A stretch of 58,947 nucleotides of DNA, from positions 1 to 58,947 of the forward strand of contig CANRJV010000002.1 in NCBI GenBank assembly GCA_947631045.1. The letters are read 5' to 3'. This document shows, one piece after another, positions 1-8,559 of the stretch. Under the pieces are notes generated by a model. That model worked only from the letters and a program-made list of their open reading frames with translations, searched no databases and was not told the DNA's origin. The first letter of the stretch is position 1. Each line of letters opens with the position of its first letter. The stretch comes from an uncultured Bacilli bacterium. GTDB taxonomy: Bacteria; Bacillota_I; Bacilli_A; RF39; UBA660. A program made the position numbers and the translations under genes.

Positions 1-154
1 ATTGAAAACCTTATATTCAATGTCATCCCTTCTTTATAGTTCTTTTCTTTACGTCAACTTTTTATGCGATTGCCTTAACTTTATGATATTGTATATTTCT
101 TTTATGATTTTTTTACTTCGCAATATTTTTAAATTTCAATTAAATAATTTTAGA

Positions 155-183
155 TTGTAAAAAAATGGTAAAAATAGTATAAT
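155..183 (+). promoter_or_regulatory. sigma-A-type promoter of mutS, possibly giving a leaderless mRNA
   Basis: TTGTAA (155-160), 17-nt spacer, TATAAT (178-183). The ATG at 191 lies 7 nt after the -10 and has no Shine-Dalgarno. Confidence 0.5.
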
Positions 184-190
184 AGACGTC

Positions 191-2737
191 ATGAAAAGAA
201 ATGAAGTAGACAGAACAAAATTAAGTCCTATGATGAGACAATATATGGAAATAAAAGATGAATATGAAGATGAACTTCTATTTTTTCGCCTTGGGGATTT
301 CTATGAATTGTTTTTTGAAGATGGTCTTACTGCTTCTAGAGAACTAGAACTTACTTTAACTGGTAAATCTTGTGGTTTAGAAGAAAGAGTTCCGATGTGT
401 GGAGTTCCTTATCATGCGGTTAAAAGTTATATTGAAAAAATAGTTAATAAAGGGTATCGTGTCGCTATTTGTGAACAATTAGAAGATCCAAAAACCACTA
501 AAGATACCGTTAAAAGAGGTGTCGTTGATGTTATTAGTAAAGGAACTATAACGGATTATGAACTTCTTGATGAGAGAAATAATTCTTATATTGCTAGTAT
601 TTTAGAATTTAATGATATTTATATTATTACTTATGCGGATGTTTCTACCGGAGAATTATGTAGTTTAACTATTCCTTTAAAGGAAGAAGATTTAATTAGT
701 GAAATTTTAAGTTTAGGAATTAAAGAAGTTGTCCTTTTAGATAATTCTAATGTTTCTTTAGTCGATACTTTAAAAAATAAATATGGTTTAGATGTTGTGT
801 TTTCTTCTTTATATTATGAAGAAGATTTGCCTTTTTTAAATACTTTAACGGATGCCAGAGCTAAAGGAGGGGTCAATCATTTATTCTATTATTTAAATGT
901 TAAAGAATTAAAGGATATATCGCATTTTAATGAAGTAAAAGTTATTAAAAAGCTGGATTATTTAGAGATGGATATTCATGCGGTCAGAAATTTAGAATTA
1001 TTTGAAACCATGAGATTAAAAGATCGCACTTATTCTTTAATATGGTTACTTGATAAATGTAAAACTGCGATGGGGTCAAGAAAACTTAAAAGTTTTTTGA
1101 TGCATCCTTTAAAAGATATCAAAGAACTTAATAAGCGTTATGATAAAATAGAAATTTTAAATAATAACTTTATTTTAAAAGATGAATTAAAAAATTTATT
1201 ATATGAAATATATGATATTGAAAGATTATGTGGCAAAATTACCGCAGGTAGTGTTAATGGAAGAGATTTACTTCAATTTAAAAATAGTTTAAAAGTTCTG
1301 CCAAGAATTAAAGAAATAATTGCCTCTTTAGGTTTTGACATGGATATTGATACGCATCAAGATATTTATATTTTACTGGAGGCTTCCCTATATGAAAATC
1401 CTCCGATTAGTACTAAGGAAGGATATTTAATTAAAGATGGTTATAATAAAGAATTAGACGAATTAAAGAGTATTAGAAGTGGTGGCAAAGACTTTATTAG
1501 TACCTTTGAAAATAAAATCAAAGAAGAAACCGGACTTAAAAATATAAAAGTGGGATTCAATAAAGTATTTGGTTATTTTATTGAAGTATCGAAAGCCCAA
1601 GCTAAAGAAGTCAAAGAAAATTTTGGTTGGGAAAGAAGACAAACTTTAACTAATTGTGAAAGATTTATCTCACCAGAATTAAAAGAAAAAGAATCTTTAA
1701 TTTTAAATGCCGAAGAGAAGATTATTAATTTAGAATACAATCTTTTTATGGAAATTAAAAATATCATTAAGAAAGAAGTTTTAAAAATTAAAAAGACCGC
1801 CGATACAATTAGTGAATTAGATGCCCTACTTTCTTTATCTATTTGTAGTGAAGAATTAAATTTAGTTCGTCCAATTCTCAATAATGAAAAGAAATTAGAA
1901 ATTGTGAAAGGGCGGCATCCAGTTGTCGAAATAGTATCCGGTGATGATTATGTTTCTAATGATTGTTTTATGGATGAGAGTGCCAGTACCCTTTTAATTA
2001 CGGGTCCTAATATGAGTGGTAAATCTACTTATATGCGAGAAGTGGCCATTATTATTTTAATGGCCCAAATGGGTTCTTTTGTGCCGGCTGAAAAAGCCAA
2101 TATTCCGATTGTTGATAAAATATTTACCCGCATTGGGGCTTCTGATGATTTAGTAAGTGGCGAATCGACCTTTATGGTGGAAATGAAAGAAGCCAAAAAT
2201 GCTTTAATAAACGCGACGGAAAACAGTTTAATTATTTTTGATGAACTCGGAAGAGGAACAGCTACATATGATGGAATGAGCCTTGCTCAAGCCATACTTG
2301 AATACATTAATACTAATATCAAAGCTTTAACTTTATTTTCGACCCATTATCATGAGTTAACCAGTTTAGAGAAAAAATATAAGACAATTAAAAATGTTCA
2401 TGTCGAAGCTGTGGAAAATAACGGAGAAATTACTTTCTTACATAAAGTCAAAAATGGAGCCATTGATAAAAGTTATGGTATTCATGTGGCAAGACTTGCC
2501 GGTATGCCTAGTGATTTACTAGATAGAGCTAGCACTATTTTAGCAGATTATGAATCGGGCAGCAAAAAAAATAATCAAAATGAAGAACGGGTTCAATTAA
2601 GTTTTGATTTTGAGGAAAAAGAAAAAAGGGAAGAAGATAGTTTAAAAAAGAAATTAGAAAGTTTAGATCCCTTAAATATGACGCCGATGGAAGCTTTAAA
2701 TTATTTATATGATTTAAAAAGAAATAAGGAAAATTAA
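191..2737 (+). CDS. mutS: DNA mismatch repair protein MutS
   Basis: 848-aa ORF. N-terminal mismatch-binding signature (LSPMMRQY...FFRLGDFYELF), Walker A GPNMSGKST, and the STFMVEM motif. Confidence 0.97.
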   Translation: MKRNEVDRTKLSPMMRQYMEIKDEYEDELLFFRLGDFYELFFEDGLTASRELELTLTGKSCGLEERVPMCGVPYHAVKSYIEKIVNKGYRVAICEQLEDPKTTKDTVKRGVVDVISKGTITDYELLDERNNSYIASILEFNDIYIITYADVSTGELCSLTIPLKEEDLISEILSLGIKEVVLLDNSNVSLVDTLKNKYGLDVVFSSLYYEEDLPFLNTLTDARAKGGVNHLFYYLNVKELKDISHFNEVKVIKKLDYLEMDIHAVRNLELFETMRLKDRTYSLIWLLDKCKTAMGSRKLKSFLMHPLKDIKELNKRYDKIEILNNNFILKDELKNLLYEIYDIERLCGKITAGSVNGRDLLQFKNSLKVLPRIKEIIASLGFDMDIDTHQDIYILLEASLYENPPISTKEGYLIKDGYNKELDELKSIRSGGKDFISTFENKIKEETGLKNIKVGFNKVFGYFIEVSKAQAKEVKENFGWERRQTLTNCERFISPELKEKESLILNAEEKIINLEYNLFMEIKNIIKKEVLKIKKTADTISELDALLSLSICSEELNLVRPILNNEKKLEIVKGRHPVVEIVSGDDYVSNDCFMDESASTLLITGPNMSGKSTYMREVAIIILMAQMGSFVPAEKANIPIVDKIFTRIGASDDLVSGESTFMVEMKEAKNALINATENSLIIFDELGRGTATYDGMSLAQAILEYINTNIKALTLFSTHYHELTSLEKKYKTIKNVHVEAVENNGEITFLHKVKNGAIDKSYGIHVARLAGMPSDLLDRASTILADYESGSKKNNQNEERVQLSFDFEEKEKREEDSLKKKLESLDPLNMTPMEALNYLYDLKRNKEN

Positions 2738-2782
2738 TAGTAATTAGATTAAATTAATGATATACTTAGGAAGTGGTGAATT

Positions 2783-3175
2783 ATGGCAAAGACAAGAAGT
2801 GAATTAAGAGAAAAATGCATGATTATTTTATATCAATGGGATTTATTTAAGAAGGATAATAAAACTAATATTGATGATTTAATTAAAGATAATTTAGATA
2901 TTGAAAATGATTTTGTTAAAGATATTGTTTATGGGGTTGTAACTTATCAAGATAAAATTGATGAACTTGCCAATAAATATATGAAAGACTGGTCTATTGA
3001 AAGAATTGACAGAACAGGAGCTTCTATTTTAAGAATGGGAATATTTGAATTACTTTATACTGATACTCCGGAAATAGTCGTTATTAATGAAGCAGTGGAA
3101 CTAGCTAAAAAATATAGTGATGATAATGTTCGGAAAATTATTAATGCGGTTTTAGATAAGGTATCTAAAGAATGA
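2783..3175 (+). CDS. nusB: transcription antitermination factor NusB
   Basis: 130-aa helical protein with NusB-like motifs (REKCMIILYQWDL, INEAVELAKKY). Its TGA stop overlaps the next start (ATGA). Confidence 0.9.
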   Translation: MAKTRSELREKCMIILYQWDLFKKDNKTNIDDLIKDNLDIENDFVKDIVYGVVTYQDKIDELANKYMKDWSIERIDRTGASILRMGIFELLYTDTPEIVVINEAVELAKKYSDDNVRKIINAVLDKVSKE

Positions 3176-4017
3176 ATTTAACTAAAGAAGATAAAATAAA
3201 AATCGAAAAAGCCAAAGAAGAAATTGATGTTTTAAAACTTTCTTTAACAAGTGGTAATTTTTATGTTAAGTATCGTGATATTTTTGACCTTAGAGCGATA
3301 AGTGAAATAATTATCAGCAAAGTTGCCCAAATATTAGGTCTTGTTTGTCCTAAATATTATCTTTATATTCCTGTGTTTAAGGAAAACGATGAAAATGAAT
3401 GTTTTATTATAAGTGAAGATATCGAAAGTATAGGACCTTTTAATTTAGCATCTAGTTTAGGTATTGGGGCTAATACTAATGCTAGTGTAAAAGAGTCTTT
3501 AAATGTTTTAGAAAATTATTATGGGAATAATCCTATTTTATTAAAAGATGTAATGGCTATGTATTTACTTAGTTTATTTTTTGGCTTTAATGATTTTCAT
3601 AATAAAAATTGGGGCGTTATTAAAAAGAATGAGGAAGAGAGAATTGTTATTTTGGATAATGAACATTCCTTCCAAAATGATATCAAACCTAAGATGTCTT
3701 CTTTTCCTACTAAAATTGATTATGATTTAGAAGTCGATTTAAGTAGTGATGAGCCTTTAAAAATAAATATTGCTTATTTTTTAGAAAACTCTTCTGATGA
3801 TTTATTATCTTTATTTGAAGCAATGTATTATTTATTTACTCCAGAATATCTAGCTAAAGTATTAGAGGTAATTGAAAAAGAAGAGGTAATAATAACCAAA
3901 GAAGGATTTGCGCCTTTAAAAATTCCTAAGGGAGATATCTTAAAAAGATATCAAAAAATTTATAATGTTATTACTGAAGCTTGGCAAGAGCACAATAAGA
4001 AGCGAGGGAAAAAATAA
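3172..4017 (+). CDS. HipA-C-like kinase-fold protein, function unknown
   Basis: 281 aa. Catalytic-loop-like NDFHNKNWG (nt ~3589-3612, D-x-H-x-x-N pattern) followed by ILDNEHSF. Translationally coupled to nusB. Confidence 0.6.
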   Translation: MNLTKEDKIKIEKAKEEIDVLKLSLTSGNFYVKYRDIFDLRAISEIIISKVAQILGLVCPKYYLYIPVFKENDENECFIISEDIESIGPFNLASSLGIGANTNASVKESLNVLENYYGNNPILLKDVMAMYLLSLFFGFNDFHNKNWGVIKKNEEERIVILDNEHSFQNDIKPKMSSFPTKIDYDLEVDLSSDEPLKINIAYFLENSSDDLLSLFEAMYYLFTPEYLAKVLEVIEKEEVIITKEGFAPLKIPKGDILKRYQKIYNVITEAWQEHNKKRGKK

Positions 4018-4856
4018 TGACTTTAAATAAAGAAGATTTAGAAAAAATAAAGCATACAGACAATGCAACTTTATTAAATTTAAGTATTGGGCGGTATTTT
4101 TCCAAACTTGCATATTCAGATTATAGTTCTTGGTATGCTACTTCCGAATTAATTGGATCCTTAATTGGCAGAGATTTAGGATTCGTTACCCCATTAGTTA
4201 AAATAATAAATATTGATGCTAATAGATGGATTATTAGTGAAGATTTAAATAATTATGGTTCTTTTTCTTTGGCTCAAGATTTAGGTATTGATACCATTAA
4301 AAATAATTCTTTATTTTCCATATTAGAAACTTTAAAAAAAGTATTTCTAAATGAACCTAATTTAGATGAATTATTTAAAGATATAATCAAATTGTATTTA
4401 TTTGATATTTTCCTTTGTAATGGGGATCGGTGTTGTGTTAACTGGGGAATAGTTAAAACTAAGGAATGCTTAAAGGTAGCTATTTTTGATAATGAAGCTT
4501 TATTAAATGATAGTGTCATTTACGATATTTCCTCTAGTCTTGATGGATCTACTTGGTTAGAAGATGTTACTTCTAATTCGAAAGAAGTAAGGATTAAAAA
4601 AATGACGGAAGATTTAACTAGGTTTTTAACCATCCCCGATAATCCTTATTTAGAAGTTTTTAGTTGGTTTTTAAATTTTATGACTCCCGATTATTTTGCT
4701 CATATTTTGGATGTAATTGAAAATGAAGAGAAAATTACCACTTTAGAAGGGGAAAAACATTTTGTTATTTTAGATAAAGAAGCTTATCTTAATATGTACC
4801 GGGAAAACTATGATTTAATAAATGGAATTTATCAGAATTTAAAAATGACAAGATAA
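4017..4856 (+). CDS. paralogue of the preceding kinase-fold protein with a degenerate catalytic loop
   Basis: 279 aa, collinear with 3172-4017 (SEDL..G.F.LA..LGI; NGDRCCVNWG at nt ~4419-4445; IFDNEAL). The loop His is replaced by Cys. The start overlaps the upstream stop (TAATG). Confidence 0.6.
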   Translation: MTLNKEDLEKIKHTDNATLLNLSIGRYFSKLAYSDYSSWYATSELIGSLIGRDLGFVTPLVKIINIDANRWIISEDLNNYGSFSLAQDLGIDTIKNNSLFSILETLKKVFLNEPNLDELFKDIIKLYLFDIFLCNGDRCCVNWGIVKTKECLKVAIFDNEALLNDSVIYDISSSLDGSTWLEDVTSNSKEVRIKKMTEDLTRFLTIPDNPYLEVFSWFLNFMTPDYFAHILDVIENEEKITTLEGEKHFVILDKEAYLNMYRENYDLINGIYQNLKMTR

Positions 4857-4919
4857 AACATTGATTAACAAGCGAACATAGGTTATAATAAAATAAGAAT
4901 AGAGAAAAGAGGAAAGGAA

Positions 4920-6257
4920 ATGGAACCGAAATATTTATCAGTATCCGAAATTAATGAATATATTAAAGCTATTTTAGATAATGATTTATTTTTAAATAGA
5001 ATTTATTTAAAGGGAGAAATTTCGAATTTTAAAAGTCATACAAGAGGACATTTATATTTTACTTTAAAAGATGATATGGGAAGAATCAACGCGGTTATGT
5101 TTCAAAGTAATACGAGAAATTTAAATTTTGCTCCTGAAGATGGGATGAATGTTTTGGTAAAAGGAAGAATTTCTGCCTATCCTGCTTCTGGTAGTTATCA
5201 AGTTTATGTCGAAGAAATGGAACTCGATGGTTTAGGTAATTTATATATTGAATATGAAAAATTAAAAGAGAAATTATTTAAAGAAGGCTTATTTAATCAA
5301 GAGCATAAGAAGCCTATTCCTAAGTTTCCCGAAAGAATTGGGATTGTTACGGCGGATACAGGAGCAGCGGTGAGAGATATCATGAGTACCATTAAAAGAA
5401 GATATCCTTTGTGTGAAGCCATATTGTTTCCGACTTTAGTGCAAGGTGAATATGCGGCCCCAAATATTGTAAAACAAATTGAAGTAGCTGATACTTATAA
5501 TTGTGATGTTTTAATTGTGGGTCGTGGTGGAGGATCTATTGAAGACTTATGGGCTTTTAATGAAGAGATAGTAGCAAGAGCCATTTATAATGCGAAAACG
5601 CCAATTATAAGTGCGGTTGGTCATGAACCCGATTTTACCATTGCCGATTTTGTGGCCGATTTAAGAGCGCCAACTCCAACCGGAGCGGCTGAAATGGCGG
5701 TGCCAACCGTTAAAGATATCAATGAATTGATTGGCCAATTTAAAATAAGACTTAATAAAAATATTAAAACCTTAGTTAATAATAAATTTATTGAACTTTA
5801 TAATTTAAAAAATTCTTTTATTTTAAAAAATCCGATGAGTCTTTATGAATTAAAAGAACAAAGATTAGATAAATTAATGGATGACTTAAGAAAGAATATG
5901 GATAATTACTTAAATATTCGAAGACATAATTTAGAAATTAGTATCAATAGAGTAAAGCTAGTTAGTCCTGCTTCTTTAATAAATATTAATGAAAATATTT
6001 TAAAAGGTTTAAAAGATAATTTAAATAACTTAATGGATAAATTCTTAATTAAAGAACATAATCATTTAGATTATTTAATTAATACATTAAAACTCGTTAA
6101 TCCTTTAAATATTTTAAGTAATGGTTATTCTTTAGTAAGAAAAGATGATAAAGTTATAAAAAGTAGCAAAAGTTTACATGTTAATGATATAATAAATATA
6201 AAGTTTCATGAAGGTGAAGTTACGAGTGTAATTCAGGAGGTTAGAAATGATAAATAA
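4920..6257 (+). CDS. xseA: exodeoxyribonuclease VII large subunit
   Basis: 445 aa. OB-fold N-terminus (GEISNFKSHTRGHLYFTLKD), catalytic core (GRGGGSIEDLWAFN), coiled-coil tail. Confidence 0.95.
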   Translation: MEPKYLSVSEINEYIKAILDNDLFLNRIYLKGEISNFKSHTRGHLYFTLKDDMGRINAVMFQSNTRNLNFAPEDGMNVLVKGRISAYPASGSYQVYVEEMELDGLGNLYIEYEKLKEKLFKEGLFNQEHKKPIPKFPERIGIVTADTGAAVRDIMSTIKRRYPLCEAILFPTLVQGEYAAPNIVKQIEVADTYNCDVLIVGRGGGSIEDLWAFNEEIVARAIYNAKTPIISAVGHEPDFTIADFVADLRAPTPTGAAEMAVPTVKDINELIGQFKIRLNKNIKTLVNNKFIELYNLKNSFILKNPMSLYELKEQRLDKLMDDLRKNMDNYLNIRRHNLEISINRVKLVSPASLININENILKGLKDNLNNLMDKFLIKEHNHLDYLINTLKLVNPLNILSNGYSLVRKDDKVIKSSKSLHVNDIINIKFHEGEVTSVIQEVRNDK

Positions 6258-6966
6258 AGAAAAATTACAAGAATACAAAGAAAAATATAATCCTTTAAAA
6301 GAAAGAATTTTTCATAGTGTTGTCGCCAAAGAAGATTTAGAAAGACAAGAAAAAAAGGCTCGCCAAAATGTGCGAAAATTAGATAGTAAGATAATCGAAA
6401 AGCAAGCAAAAATGCGGTTAGATATTATGCATTTAAGAGAAAAATTAAAAAAGCGCTATAAGAAAAACTTTTTCTTAGGTCTGGGAGCATCTTTATTTTT
6501 AGGTTTATTTTGTGTTTATACATTTCCGGTAGCTCAAGATTTAAGTATTATTGATTATATTTTAAAATATGGTTCTGGACTTTTAATCTTTGATATGGCT
6601 TGTGGAATTGCTTATAAAACTTACCGAAATAATATTCATAATTTACCGACATTCACTGATGAAGATATTAAAACAACAGAAGTAGATAAATTAATTGAGG
6701 AAAGAGACTTAGCGATTGATAAAGAAAAAGAAATAAGTACAACTCTTAAAATAGTTAAGGATTATTTAACAAATTTAAAAGAGACTAAAGTAGAATTAGA
6801 AAATTTAATTTGGTGTTTATTTTATCCTGAAGATTTGATAGATGATAGAAAGACTACACCTTTAGGGTTAGATAAATGGTTAGAGATAAATACGGAAGAA
6901 GAAAAAGTAGAAGTGGGACCTCTTTTAATAAGAGAAAATCCTTATAATAAAAAGAAAGGAAGATAG
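6247..6966 (+). CDS. hypothetical coiled-coil membrane protein inserted between xseA and xseB
   Basis: 239 aa. Two hydrophobic segments (FFLGLGASLFLGLFCVYTF; GSGLLIFDMACGIAY) flanked by K/E-rich helices. Overlaps the xseA end by 11 nt and the xseB start by 1 nt. Confidence 0.7.
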   Translation: MINKEKLQEYKEKYNPLKERIFHSVVAKEDLERQEKKARQNVRKLDSKIIEKQAKMRLDIMHLREKLKKRYKKNFFLGLGASLFLGLFCVYTFPVAQDLSIIDYILKYGSGLLIFDMACGIAYKTYRNNIHNLPTFTDEDIKTTEVDKLIEERDLAIDKEKEISTTLKIVKDYLTNLKETKVELENLIWCLFYPEDLIDDRKTTPLGLDKWLEINTEEEKVEVGPLLIRENPYNKKKGR

Positions 6967-7220
6967 TGGTGAAAGAAGAAAAGAAAGAAAAAAATAAAGT
7001 TAATGAAAAAACTTTTGAAAGTAATTTAAAAGATTTAGAAGATTTAGTCAAAGAATTAGAAAGCGGTAATGTTCCTTTAGAAGATGCTATTATAAAATAT
7101 ACGGAAGCTATGGAACTAGCCAAAGATTGTAGTGAAAAATTAAATAATGCTACCGCAAAAGTAAATAAAATTTTAGCTAGTGATGGCGAACTTAAAGATT
7201 TTGAAACACCTGAAAATTAA
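6966..7220 (+). CDS. xseB: exodeoxyribonuclease VII small subunit
   Basis: 84 aa with a GTG start. XseB signature FE..L..LE.LV..LE.G.VPLEDAI..Y.EAMEL. Confidence 0.9.
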   Translation: MVKEEKKEKNKVNEKTFESNLKDLEDLVKELESGNVPLEDAIIKYTEAMELAKDCSEKLNNATAKVNKILASDGELKDFETPEN

Positions 7221-7252
7221 TTGTCATAAATTTACTTATGGCAATTTTTTTT
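7221..7252 (+). terminator. rho-independent terminator after xseB
   Basis: 9-bp stem TTGTCATAA/TTATGGCAA (one G-U pair), 6-nt loop, T8 run. Confidence 0.75.
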
Positions 7253-7304
7253 AATTTAAATTGTATAGAAAAAGTTTTAAAATTAATACTAGATAGTGAT
7301 TGAT

Positions 7305-8489
7305 ATGAAAGATAAAAAGAATTTTAAATGGTTAATTATTATAATTGTAATCTTACTTTTAGTAGTGGTTTTATTTGGTGTTTTATATGGCTATAATCTG
7401 AAAATTTCGAAAGAGTACGATTTAGAGATTAAAAATATTACTAAGCAAAATCAAGAGGCTTATAAAGATTATAATCAAAACATTGAATATTTAGATAAAT
7501 GGACTTATGAAGATATTCTAAATAATTTTGTAAGTAAAGATAGTTTATTTAAAGATACCAAGGTAATTATTTATTACAATAATGAAGAGATAAAAGAAAA
7601 TGATGAGATTTTATTTGATGTTATTGGTGACATTAAATTTAAAGTTATTTATGAAAATGATTTTAAGTATAAGACTTATAAAGAAATCAAAAAAGATATT
7701 AAAACTAGTAAAGATTATAATTTAAAAGTAGAAGATACTATTTTTCCTGTTTTAAGTGGTGTAGTTGATAAAGAAACTGTCATTGATAATTCTATTGATA
7801 TTAAAGAAGGAATAACGGCTTATGATGAAAAAGAAGGGAATATTGAAGTAACTATTGAAGGAGACGTAAATATTAAGGCGTCAGGTAGTTATAAAGTAAA
7901 AGCAGTGGCTGTTGATCATAATGGTAATAGAGCTGAACAAGAATTTACCGTTACGGTTAAAGAAAAACCTAAAACTACGACTAGTACACCTAAACCCAGT
8001 ACTTCTTCTAGTTCAAAGCCAAGCACCACTCCTAGTACTAGTCAAAGCGCTTGTCAAACTTCTAAAAGTACTCTCACTAAAAGAGGGTATAAATCAACAG
8101 ATAAAGATGCCTGTGAGAAAGATAAAGAAGCCAGTGTTATAGCCAAACAAATAGCAAATGAGGTTTTAGCTAAAGGATACACTAAAGATATTGATAAAGT
8201 AGGCGAGGCTGCTTCGATTGTTTCTAGTTATTATTATAAAGGAGTCCATGTGGAAAGTGGTCTTGATTACCGAACTCCTTATGGCGTTTTTATTAAAGGA
8301 GAATCATCTTGTGCAGGAGCTACGAGAGCCTTAGGTCAAGTTTTAGATGAACTAGGTTATTCCTGGACCCACGCGAATGAAAATGCTTGGACCCATCAAT
8401 GGGTAATTATTGAAATGGATGGCCAAATTGGTTTTGCTGATGGGCAAGTGGGGATGGTTGGCTATGGTAAGCATCCAGTAAGTGAATAA
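7305..8489 (+). CDS. membrane-anchored surface protein: Ig-like repeat, S/T/P linker and a transglutaminase-like Cys-His-Asp C-terminal domain
   Basis: N-terminal TM (WLIIIIVILLLVVVLFGVLYGY). DUF5011-like Ig segment (DTIFPVLSG...GSYKVKAVAVDHNGN). TTSTPKPSTSSSSKPSTTPSTS linker. C...H...D pattern (ESSCAGATRAL, WTHQWVII, GFADGQ). ATG 7305 preferred over the GTG at 7296. Confidence 0.6.
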   Translation: MKDKKNFKWLIIIIVILLLVVVLFGVLYGYNLKISKEYDLEIKNITKQNQEAYKDYNQNIEYLDKWTYEDILNNFVSKDSLFKDTKVIIYYNNEEIKENDEILFDVIGDIKFKVIYENDFKYKTYKEIKKDIKTSKDYNLKVEDTIFPVLSGVVDKETVIDNSIDIKEGITAYDEKEGNIEVTIEGDVNIKASGSYKVKAVAVDHNGNRAEQEFTVTVKEKPKTTTSTPKPSTSSSSKPSTTPSTSQSACQTSKSTLTKRGYKSTDKDACEKDKEASVIAKQIANEVLAKGYTKDIDKVGEAASIVSSYYYKGVHVESGLDYRTPYGVFIKGESSCAGATRALGQVLDELGYSWTHANENAWTHQWVIIEMDGQIGFADGQVGMVGYGKHPVSE

Positions 8490-8559
8490 CTTAAGAAGGT
8501 ATTTAAATACTTTCTTTTTTTGAGGAGTTATTTTATAATTAATTTTAGGGAGTAGAGTT

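Noticed and set aside
1-26. Start of a minus-strand gene at the left edge (ATG complement at 24-26, RBS GAAGGG; MTLNIRFS...).
   Set aside because: Only 8 codons are visible, which is too little to support a call.
1573-1881. Track ORFs lying antisense to, or out of frame within, conserved genes: 1573-1881, 4274-4519, 6854-7123, 7912-8142, 9384-9659, 11711-11929, 17718-17988, 18248-18466, 19756-20022, 21051-21254, 26784-27092, 27105-27293, 34614-35004, 35989-36252, 39092-39903, 41832-42059, 44038-44370, 47361-47791, 54308-54982, 57196-57411.
   Set aside because: Each is fully embedded in a gene with clear family motifs on the other strand or frame. They have low-complexity S/L/F/K-rich translations typical of AT-rich antisense frames, and none has a convincing RBS.
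3173-3175. Possibility that the organism is a Mollicute using genetic code 4 (TGA = Trp).
   Set aside because: TGA terminates well-defined genes at the expected length (nusB at 3173-3175, the 24439-24837 ORF, divIB at 30939-30941). All conserved proteins are full length under the standard code. Cell-wall genes (murG, murB, a SEDS protein) are also present.
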